Shown here piece by piece: positions 50,379-58,281 of a DNA stretch of 64,000 nt. A program made the position numbers and the translations under genes. The stretch's first letter is position 1, and each line of letters starts with the position of its first letter. Below the pieces are notes generated by a model that saw only the letters and a list, made by a program, of their open reading frames with translations, was not told where the DNA came from and made no database searches. Source of the DNA: Alphaproteobacteria bacterium (GTDB lineage: Bacteria; Pseudomonadota; Alphaproteobacteria; UBA828); NCBI GenBank assembly GCA_963667785.2, contig CAXXMU010000001.1:384001-448000 (forward strand), in the 5' to 3' direction.

Positions 50379-52025
50379 ATGAAGCGGATCACATGCATCG
50401 CAGCAGTTCTAGCCGTTCTTTCCCTCGCCGCCTGCGGCGGAGGCGGCGGCGAATCGACAGGGCTCACCCAAGCCGAGAAGGAGGCCGCAGAACAGGCGGC
50501 CCGCGAGGAAGCCGAGCGCCAAGAGCGGGAGCGTCTGGAACGCGAGGCTCGAGAGAGGGCCGAACGCGAGGCGGCAGAACGAGCGGCGGCGCGACTGGCC
50601 TTCCCGTTAGAGGCGTGGAGCGGGACCTGGTATGACGCCGAGCAGAACATCACATGGTATCCCGCAGCCTTTGGCACCCAGCACTACGGCATCTCTCGCG
50701 TCGCGCCCTTCGCCGCTTCCGACGCCCAGCATATGCCGACCTACCACGACAAGGGGGTTGGCGGCGGGCTCGGGCTGGAAGCACCGGAACGTCGCTTCTT
50801 CGTCGGCGTGGACCAGGGGGAGAAGACCACCGACTACTTCACGGTCGGCGGACAGGTCCATTCCATCGTCCGCTCGTCCGGCCTTGCTGACCTTCCCGTC
50901 GTCAGCGAGCGCGACGCTATCGCGGTAAGGCATGGCAGCCTGAGCGACGGCGCCGGGCGCGCGGCGGTTGTCGAATACCTGCGCGACGCCAGCGCAGGGT
51001 CTGCCTCTATCCCGCTCTGGCAGAGCCCGCCTGAAGTGCGCTTGGTCGGAACCTCGACTGCAGCCGAGAGACAGCGCCTGATCTCCGCCGTGCAGCTCCT
51101 GAATGCTGCCCTCCCCGAAGGCGCCAAGCTCACAATGGGCACATCCTCGCAGGCGAGGGATGAGGGCATCGACGTGGAGTTCGTCGACTGCTATGGGCCG
51201 CGTCATTCGTGCGGCGGTGGCACCGCAGCAGCTACGGAGTTCACCCGGAAGAGCGATGGCCGGATCGAACACTCATACATCGTGTTCAGCCGAGAGACCG
51301 TTTCATACGGCCGTGAACGAGAGACGGTGATCCTGCTGGCTCACGAGCTGATGCACTCTCTCGGGCTGTACCATGCGTCTTCGGCTACCTTCGCCACCAT
51401 CTTGGAGGGCACTGGTGCGATCCACCATACCGAGCAGGCAGGCCAGCCACAGCCGCTCTCGCTGCTCTATTCGATCGACCGCGAGGCGTTGCGAGCACTC
51501 TATGGGGAACTCGAGATCGGCGATGGCCCCGAGGACCTCGGCCCCTGGAGCGCTAACTCCATGCACCTTGCCGGCAACGGTCCGCACGCGAATTTCGGCG
51601 TGGCGCTGAGGAATGGCTATGTGGAGCCCTGGGCGCACGGTTACCTGCCGGACACCGACCTCGCGTCCAACAGTGCGCTGTTCGGCTCCGCGACATGGAC
51701 GGGCACCTTGCTCGGCTTCTCCGGCCAGGCCCCCGTCGCGGGCGATGCCGAGATCGGCGTCAACCTCGCCACCATGGGCGGCACGGCAGACTTCACCCGC
51801 TTGGAGAGCTGGGCGGCCGGAGCAGCGCCTGGTGAGGCGGGAACCGGCGCGACATGGCTTGATGGCGACTTGGGCTACACGATCGCGGTGCGCGGTAACA
51901 CCTTCCGGGAAACGGGCGGTGATGATGGTAGACTCACGGGGATCTTCACGGGCCAGTCCCATGAAGGTGCCGCAGGCACGCTGGAACGCCAGGACCTCAC
52001 GGCCGCCTTCGGCGCGTCTCGCTGA
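50379..52025 (+). CDS. Lipoprotein with a zinc-metallopeptidase motif and a TbpB-like C-terminal barrel
   Basis: GGAGG RBS; lipobox LAAC-GGGGG; E/A/R-rich helix; HELMHSLGLYH (HExxHxxGxxH); ATWTG...G.F.G..HEGAAG...AAFGA. Confidence 0.82.
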   Translation: MKRITCIAAVLAVLSLAACGGGGGESTGLTQAEKEAAEQAAREEAERQERERLEREARERAEREAAERAAARLAFPLEAWSGTWYDAEQNITWYPAAFGTQHYGISRVAPFAASDAQHMPTYHDKGVGGGLGLEAPERRFFVGVDQGEKTTDYFTVGGQVHSIVRSSGLADLPVVSERDAIAVRHGSLSDGAGRAAVVEYLRDASAGSASIPLWQSPPEVRLVGTSTAAERQRLISAVQLLNAALPEGAKLTMGTSSQARDEGIDVEFVDCYGPRHSCGGGTAAATEFTRKSDGRIEHSYIVFSRETVSYGRERETVILLAHELMHSLGLYHASSATFATILEGTGAIHHTEQAGQPQPLSLLYSIDREALRALYGELEIGDGPEDLGPWSANSMHLAGNGPHANFGVALRNGYVEPWAHGYLPDTDLASNSALFGSATWTGTLLGFSGQAPVAGDAEIGVNLATMGGTADFTRLESWAAGAAPGEAGTGATWLDGDLGYTIAVRGNTFRETGGDDGRLTGIFTGQSHEGAAGTLERQDLTAAFGASR

Positions 52026-52041
52026 CATCGGGAGGGAGACC

Positions 52042-52185
52042 ATGACTGAACGAACCAGCGGCCCCGACCTGCTCACCCTGGCGATGCGCCGCGCGCACGC
52101 CGAGACGGCAGAAAGGCGGGAGCCGGAGCCCCCGCCCGATGCCGAAGATGTGTCAGCCGCGGATGCAGCTAACGGTGACGATTGA
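52042..52185 (+). CDS. Small hypothetical protein (47 aa)
   Basis: Strong RBS GGGAGGGAG; MTERTSGPDLLTLAMRRAHAE. Confidence 0.5.
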   Translation: MTERTSGPDLLTLAMRRAHAETAERREPEPPPDAEDVSAADAANGDD

Positions 52186-52419
52186 GCCGTCGATGAGCTT
52201 TTGCTCGTTGATCCGCGCGCTCAGCCATCCCTGGCGAGCCGCGCCTATCACTACGGCCTCGATCACGTGAGGGCTGGCGTCGGGAATGTGAGGGGCGAGG
52301 TCATCGACGCTGTTAAACTCGCGGTCTCGACAGACCGCGAGAATTTCCTGAAGCAGCGATGTCTGAGTCACTTCTTGGACTCCATCGTTGGAGGCCAGCT
52401 TGACCGCACCCTTCGTCAC
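52153..52419 (-). CDS. Small hypothetical protein (possibly wHTH-like); start uncertain
   Basis: LLQEILAVC...SVDDLAPHIPDASPHVIEAVVIGAARQGWL. Confidence 0.45.
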   Translation of the reverse strand: MTKGAVKLASNDGVQEVTQTSLLQEILAVCRDREFNSVDDLAPHIPDASPHVIEAVVIGAARQGWLSARINEQKLIDGSIVTVSCIRG

Positions 52420-52527
52420 TGCTATGGGGAGAACAGCTAAGGCGCGGCCGGCCGGAGCTCGGATGAACCCAACGCCCTCGGGACCCCAATCCCGGGGGCG
52501 TTGCCGTTCTAACGGGATTCGTGGGAA

Positions 52528-53127
52528 CTATGGCGGGGGCGCCGCTGCCGGAAAAGGACGTTCTTGGCGCTGAAATCCGTCTTTCGGCTTTGCGCCATAA
52601 GCGAGTTCCTCGGGAACCGCACTCGATAGAACAAAAAAAGTGATTTGGCATGGTCGATCTTTGATTGGTGTCAAATCTATGGGGAAACTACCGCTATTCA
52701 TAAGTTCTAAGATGATCCTTCCTTGCCATCCCGGCTGTATCCAAGGGGCCGTTTGATGCATACTCAATCCCATGCGCGCATAGCTACTGCGTCCTTCAAC
52801 TCTCGCAATCAAATGCCTGGGAACGCAGACCTCTTCATGTGTCCTTGCGAGAATGAACTCGCCCGGCTGTATCGTATAGCATCGTTGATTCCCAAAGCGA
52901 TCAGGCTCCTCCAAATCATCCTCGTCCCAGAGCTGCGCATCCGCCACTGCTCTGATTCCTTCCACTAGTGATACTCTTATCCCGGCTATTTTCTTGAGCT
53001 TCGTAAACTGATACCCCAGTCTAAGGTCAATAGAAGCCTCACCCCATTGACCTTCTTCCAGTTGAGGAGAAAAAGCGATGCTGCCGTCGGCAACACGTGC
53101 ACGAAGCTCAGCGTGAGACAAGATCAT
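52528..53127 (-). CDS. dcd: dCTP deaminase-like protein (trimeric dUTPase fold)
   Basis: MILS, ASIDLRLG, IQPGEFILA, EGRSSYARMGL, IQPGWQGRIILELMN, CQITF. Confidence 0.88.
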   Translation of the reverse strand: MILSHAELRARVADGSIAFSPQLEEGQWGEASIDLRLGYQFTKLKKIAGIRVSLVEGIRAVADAQLWDEDDLEEPDRFGNQRCYTIQPGEFILARTHEEVCVPRHLIARVEGRSSYARMGLSMHQTAPWIQPGWQGRIILELMNSGSFPIDLTPIKDRPCQITFFVLSSAVPEELAYGAKPKDGFQRQERPFPAAAPPP

Positions 53128-53408
53128 GGATAGCTCTCCACCATCTGTTGAGAGAAGTAAGCAATTCCCGTAGTTGTGAAGAATGATCCAGGGACGCGGA
53201 CAACCACAGTGTCTTGTCCGACTTCTTGGACGGTCCCCACGATATACTTCTTCCCTGCATCATCCTCCGTCACAAAACCGGCTTCAATGAACCCAGAGAT
53301 CACCCCATCTGCGGTCTCTACGGTGATCAGGTATTCGTCCCTGAATGCACCATTTTGGGTTGTGCAGGGAATCTTGAGCTTCGTGCCTGGACGCATTTCG
53401 GCCGACAT
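53124..53408 (-). CDS. Hypothetical beta-rich protein (94 aa) translationally coupled to the dcd-like gene
   Basis: GAGGA RBS; ATGA overlap with dcd. Confidence 0.7.
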   Translation of the reverse strand: MSAEMRPGTKLKIPCTTQNGAFRDEYLITVETADGVISGFIEAGFVTEDDAGKKYIVGTVQEVGQDTVVVRVPGSFFTTTGIAYFSQQMVESYP

Positions 53409-53668
53409 TTCTGAGTCCTCTCATTCTCATTGTGGGGGGATTTGTTCATCAGAGCCTCCGTTCGGGGAGGCGCTTGACGACGCACGTGGAGATGCTACGT
53501 TCATCCCGTTCGCCGTTCCGCGCGCCACCCAAGGTCTGCGCGGGACCATCGTGCAGGGGGTCGGGCGCCATCCCGACCCCTTGCGCTCTCGATGGCTATT
53601 CGATTCGCACCATATTGTCCTTTGGCACGAGAAAAATCACAAGAACGCGGGCGTGCTCTCAATCCCAA

Positions 53669-54661
53669 TCATCGCGACGCGGACCTCGCGCCGCTCGACA
53701 GGCCGTTGTCCGCGATCAGCGTGCGGTACGCCAGATGCTTGCCGATCATGTGCGTGACCGCGGCTTCCATCTGGTCGATGGTGTCAGCCTCGCGCACGTT
53801 GTGCCGGCCTGAGAACTCGTTGATGTAGCGCTCCAGGTGCTTCGGGGACATCTTGTGATAGATGCCCTGATGCCCGCGCTTCAGCATGGACCAGAACGAC
53901 TCCATGCCGTTCGTGTGGGCCTGTCCGCGGACATACTCGCCGGCCGAATGGTTCACGCTCTCGTGGTCGAAGAAGCGATCGAGCACGTTGTAGGCCGCGC
54001 CTTCATCCGTGTACACCGTAGCGCCGAGCCGGGTCTTCTCCGCGACGAAGCCCGCAACGTGCGGCGCATCGGTGTGCCTGACGTGCCGGGCCGCGACCCG
54101 GTTGGTCTCGCGGTCCTTGGCTCCGACCACTGCGGCCTTGCCGACCGCGCCCCGACCCGAGAGCTCCGCGCGCTTCGCCTTCGGCATGTTCTTGCGCTTC
54201 CCGCCCATGTAGGTCTCATCGGCCTCGACCGGCCCGCTGAACGGATCGGCGCCGAAGTCTTCGGTCCACGCCTCGCGGAGCCGGTGCAACATGAACCAGG
54301 CCGTCTTCTGCGTGACCTTCAGATCCCGGTGGAGCTTCACGCTGCTGACGCCCTTGAGGTTCGTGACGTAGAGGTAGACGGCGAAGACCCACTTGCGGAG
54401 CGGCAGGCGGGAGCTCTGCAGCATCGAGCCGGTGCGGACGCTGAAGTATGACCGGCACGACTTGCACCAGTAGGGCATCGGCTTCGCGTTCGGGACTTCC
54501 TTGGTCTCGGTCGATCCGCAGTGGCCGCAATGACGCTCGCCGTCAGGCCAGCGTGTGTCCTCGAACCACTTGATCGCCGAGGCTTCGTCCGGGAACATCT
54601 CGCCCAGCTCGATGACAGAGATTCCTTCGCGGTGGGCCTTTCCGGGTGCTTTGCGGGCCAT
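53669..54661 (-). CDS. IS1595-family transposase
   Basis: CGHCG...CKSC, VEADETYMGG, YTDE, HTNGMESFW, KHLERYINEF; promoter TTGACA-N17-TACATT at 54715-54687. Confidence 0.95.
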   Translation of the reverse strand: MARKAPGKAHREGISVIELGEMFPDEASAIKWFEDTRWPDGERHCGHCGSTETKEVPNAKPMPYWCKSCRSYFSVRTGSMLQSSRLPLRKWVFAVYLYVTNLKGVSSVKLHRDLKVTQKTAWFMLHRLREAWTEDFGADPFSGPVEADETYMGGKRKNMPKAKRAELSGRGAVGKAAVVGAKDRETNRVAARHVRHTDAPHVAGFVAEKTRLGATVYTDEGAAYNVLDRFFDHESVNHSAGEYVRGQAHTNGMESFWSMLKRGHQGIYHKMSPKHLERYINEFSGRHNVREADTIDQMEAAVTHMIGKHLAYRTLIADNGLSSGARSASR

Positions 54662-54856
54662 TTCTTGTCTCCCTCTCAACACCCTGAATGTAGGCGCTTA
54701 TCCCCCGTTTGTCAAGGTCGGTATATAATCCCCCAAAAAAGGGCCATCCGCTTTGCGCCGACGGCATCCTTGAGACGCCCGAGTGTCCGGTAGAACCGGG
54801 CGAGGTCCGCGGCCCTCGAACTGGCGTCGGTCGATCCCATCGTCAGCACCTCGCCG

Positions 54857-55290
54857 TCAATCGGCGGTGATCTCGATTCGCCTCTTCCAGACCGCGATCG
54901 CTCGATCGACCCGGTCGGAGGCAGGATCGAGGTCGTCGAGATGGGTGCTCAGGCAGACCCCTAACCACTCTCGCGCGAGCCCCGCCAAACTGGGGCACAT
55001 GCATTCGTCGATCAGGAACTTCACCCCGCCGTGCGCGCCGCATCAAAGTACGCGTCGTCCGAGAGCACCCGCTAGCGCGAGCGCCAAAAGGGCGTGTTCC
55101 AGGAACGGCCCCGACGCGGATAGGCCTGGTCGTAGAGGACTGCGGCTTCGATCTGTTCCTCCGTGCGCACGGGCAAGGCGTCGCGGATGGTGCCGCTGCT
55201 TTCGCCATTGGCGAGTATCTCGGCGATGTCATGAGCCAGAATGAGGGTTTCGCTGCCGTAGGAAGTGTCCGCGAGCATGGCGTCATAGAT
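54857..55290 (-). pseudogene. Degraded DUF433 / DUF5615 (PIN-like) toxin-antitoxin pair
   Basis: IAEILANGE...EEQIEAAVLY...YPRRGR (DUF433-like), then MKFLIDECMCPSL from 55024 (DUF5615-like, only 55 aa). Confidence 0.55.
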
Positions 55291-55339
55291 CATAATCGCC
55301 TCATGTAGCTCACGGGAAGTTTTTTCCCGCGTGTGCCTT

Positions 55340-56563
55340 CTACTTTGCAACATTGAAGTTTTGCATCAACCAAGCTTGAACAGAACTTAGAGTGGATAAA
55401 TTGTTGCCCCGTAGTATCGCTACGATATCCGCACCCGATATAACAACGATAGGATGTTCATCCTCCTTGATTTCACGATAAGCTTGAAGGTTGACATAGC
55501 TGGTCGTCACCAGAATACCAAACTGTCGATGTCGCAATCTGGAAATCAAACGAGACATATCTCTAACGCCTACTCCCGTTGACGTGTTATAGCACTTTGC
55601 TTCAAGCGCGAAATCAACCAAAATCCCTGATGCTCCGCTTCCAATGCGCAGCTTCCCAATTGCATCTCGACCTCCATCCCGAGAGGGTCGGGTCAAATCG
55701 ATTTCAGCGATATCGGGAAGTGACAGCGTTGCTATTGACGCTGCACAGCGCTCAAATGCATGAAAATGATCCTGAAAATGGTCATGGATTCTCTTCAGGA
55801 TTGCGCGGTCTTGGAAATTCTCGGGAATTTGCTCTAGTTTGGTTCTGTACTCGAGCGATCTGGTGGCATGCAGTGTGCGATGCACTCCAGTCTCAACCCA
55901 ACTCATCCAGGCTGGTGGGGCTTTAGGAGAGTGTAGGTTCCCGGCGATGATATCTTCGATCCAGTCTCTTGCAAGAAAAGACTCATTGAGGACCGAAAAA
56001 CGGGCGCGGTAATTCTGGAATCGACTGCCCTTGGAGATCCTCCATACAGCTACGAGATCTTCTGATGCGCGAAGGTCTGCGGTTCCAGGAACAGCCAAGC
56101 CGAGGAATACGACATCTCTCCATTCGCCCGTGTTTTCGAAAAGAAAGATTGGAGGCACCTGCTGGCGTCCCTCCACACCTGAATGAGCTAGGTCAAAAAT
56201 GCGTCGAAGAAGCTCGTTACCCTTTCTGGGAGTTTCGTGCAGTCTACGACCGGGACTTTTGTTGTCGCCGTAATATGTGTAAACGCCAGTTTCCCTGTCG
56301 AGTGCGTCCGGCCAGTCCGGATCCCTTCCTGACGATGTCAGCACAACCAGCTCCAGTGCGTCGACCTTTCCTCGATACCTGAAGCCACCGGAATTGCTCA
56401 CATTCAGAAGGCGAGGGAGAGGATCATCTCCTGCATGGCGGTTGCGCCCACCCTGATACACCGCATCGACTATGAGATCTGTAGAACGAGAGTCTGAGAA
56501 AGGCACAATCTGCATGTCTGTGTCCGGCGTCTGGGCTATTGGGGCGGCGCCAAAATGGGGCAC
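55340..56563 (-). CDS. MspJI/AspBHI-family modification-dependent restriction endonuclease (start may be 56515)
   Basis: DLIVDAVYQGG, NSGGFR, WPDALD..TG..TYYGDNK (SRA-like); SRDGGRDA...EAKCY...SRLISRLRHRQFG (Mrr-like catalytic domain). Confidence 0.85.
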   Translation of the reverse strand: MPHFGAAPIAQTPDTDMQIVPFSDSRSTDLIVDAVYQGGRNRHAGDDPLPRLLNVSNSGGFRYRGKVDALELVVLTSSGRDPDWPDALDRETGVYTYYGDNKSPGRRLHETPRKGNELLRRIFDLAHSGVEGRQQVPPIFLFENTGEWRDVVFLGLAVPGTADLRASEDLVAVWRISKGSRFQNYRARFSVLNESFLARDWIEDIIAGNLHSPKAPPAWMSWVETGVHRTLHATRSLEYRTKLEQIPENFQDRAILKRIHDHFQDHFHAFERCAASIATLSLPDIAEIDLTRPSRDGGRDAIGKLRIGSGASGILVDFALEAKCYNTSTGVGVRDMSRLISRLRHRQFGILVTTSYVNLQAYREIKEDEHPIVVISGADIVAILRGNNLSTLSSVQAWLMQNFNVAK

Positions 56564-56567
56564 TTTG

Positions 56568-58280
56568 CTATTGAATTGCCTTTGGATCGTCTGATGCTGG
56601 GGTCATGCCGCGCATGCGGTTGAGCACCTTCTCGGTACCCACAATGACCAGATGAGTGCGAGCTCGGGAAAGCGCGACATAGGGCAGTTCTTCGTTGATG
56701 ACGGTCTCCGGCGTTGCAGCGATGACGACGACCGGGCGTTCAAGACCTTTGAACCGCCTTATGCTGTCGACGACTATTCGTCCTTCGCACTGATCCTGGC
56801 AGCGAACCGTACGAAACCCGCCCAGTCGGTCGCCCGGCGCGATCTTCTCAATCGCGGTTTCGGTGGCTGTGAGGACGGCTATGTCGTCCGGAGGCACGTG
56901 CTCAAGAGAACACAGACGCTCCACGCAGTCGGAGACAAGTTTGCCCAGCTCGTCTGGCTTCTTGATCATAGCCCAGCGAATTTCCACGCCCTCTGGTCCG
57001 ACAGCATCGACTTCGTGGCCTGTGTAATGCTGCCGGACCAATTCGTGTATCCGCCGTGTGTTACGCAGGTTGAGGGTGAGACGGATGGGGATCAGGGAAA
57101 CCTCTTCGGGCAGTTCGTTGGCGCTGGCGTATACCCGTTGGTTGTTGTCGTAAAATATTCGAAGCAGCCCCGGCCCGTCCGGGTCCAGACCTGCCTGCAC
57201 CGCCGTCCACCAGAGCGGCAGAAAATCCTGCCCCTCGTCAACGATGACCGCATCGTATCGCTCTTCTTCCAGGCGGTCGTAAGCCTGCAGAAGAAGTTCC
57301 GGCCAGACGTCGTCGAACCGTTCATCTTCTGGACTACCGGCTGGAGGCGCGATTGCGGCGCGCGCGGTCAGAGTCTCGCAGAGCTCATGAAATGTCATGG
57401 CGGCCACTGGCGGCCCGTCCTTCAGGCGGTGGCGGATGTCCGTCGCCAAGCCGCTGTTGTAGCAGATCAACAGGGTGCGGGCGCCGCGTTCGGCGCAATG
57501 TCTGGCTTCCTCCAAGGCCAGCACGGTCTTGCCCGTTCCCGCTGCTCCGCTTATCGCGGCTCTAGGTACGGCCTCGATTGACCGCAGTATGTGGAACTGC
57601 TGCTGGGTAAGAACCTGCAGCGCTGCGTCGTCCTGGGAAAGCAGCGTCCGAAGCGGCATGCGCAACTGGAAGGGTTTCGCGAGAATTTTCTCTAGCGCCT
57701 GAAGTCCGTCAGGGCCCATTTTTCTGGTGCGCCCTTCATCTGCCGGCGTGTCTCCAAATCGCTCGAGAATCCAGTCCCCGAATCCAGCCTCGAAGGTTTC
57801 CGTGAAGCAGAATATTCGCTGTGGCAAGTCTGCGCCGAGATCGCCAGGCAGCGCTGACGAATGCGCTAGTACGACTCCATGCCGGGCTCGAATGCGGCGG
57901 GGCTTCCAGTGCGGAGACTCCTTCAGCTTTCTCAAGAGCTCGTGTTTGGCGCTTCGGGCCTGCTGCACCGGATTCTTGATATTATGTGTGACCTTCCATC
58001 GATCACGGCTTGTCCAGCGATCCGAGCGAGGGTTGTAGGCAACCGCGCCGCCCTTCACCTCAAGCGTGAGCATTCCCAGTTCGGCGTGTGCGATGACGAA
58101 ATCGCATTCGCCGTCAATTTCCTCCCCGTCCTGACTGAGGCCGAGCCAGGGCCGCGAATAAAAGACAACGAAGGAGTCGTCCAGCACAGCTTCCAGCCGT
58201 CTGAACACGTCGCACTCGGTGCTGCGCAGCGTATTGCGCGTGACGTCTGGTGGCAGCGTCCGGGGCCACATCACCGCCAT
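56568..58280 (-). CDS. NERD nuclease fused to an SF1 (UvrD-like) helicase
   Basis: GECDFVIAH...LEVKGG...NPVQQA; GAAGTGKT, IVDEGQD, NLRNT, FKGLE, YVALSRA. Confidence 0.88.
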   Translation of the reverse strand: MAVMWPRTLPPDVTRNTLRSTECDVFRRLEAVLDDSFVVFYSRPWLGLSQDGEEIDGECDFVIAHAELGMLTLEVKGGAVAYNPRSDRWTSRDRWKVTHNIKNPVQQARSAKHELLRKLKESPHWKPRRIRARHGVVLAHSSALPGDLGADLPQRIFCFTETFEAGFGDWILERFGDTPADEGRTRKMGPDGLQALEKILAKPFQLRMPLRTLLSQDDAALQVLTQQQFHILRSIEAVPRAAISGAAGTGKTVLALEEARHCAERGARTLLICYNSGLATDIRHRLKDGPPVAAMTFHELCETLTARAAIAPPAGSPEDERFDDVWPELLLQAYDRLEEERYDAVIVDEGQDFLPLWWTAVQAGLDPDGPGLLRIFYDNNQRVYASANELPEEVSLIPIRLTLNLRNTRRIHELVRQHYTGHEVDAVGPEGVEIRWAMIKKPDELGKLVSDCVERLCSLEHVPPDDIAVLTATETAIEKIAPGDRLGGFRTVRCQDQCEGRIVVDSIRRFKGLERPVVVIAATPETVINEELPYVALSRARTHLVIVGTEKVLNRMRGMTPASDDPKAIQ

Positions 58281-58281
58281 G

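Larger units (their letters stand above)
50158..54733 (-). mobile_element. IS1595-family element 3 carrying a Dcd-like operon and a metzincin lipoprotein
   Basis: Inverted repeats GGGGATTATATACCGAGCTTGAC (50158-50180) and GTCAAGGTCGGTATATAATCCCC (54711-54733), 22/23 match. Confidence 0.92.

Noticed and set aside
50461-50600. Repetitive GAG/GCG-rich tract
   Set aside because: It encodes the E/A/R-rich helical stalk of the lipoprotein and is not an independent DNA repeat
52528-53127. Assignment as the known AvcD-type anti-phage dCTP deaminase
   Set aside because: It lacks the HAE/PCxxC zinc motifs and the kinase domain; it is a dUTPase-fold Dcd
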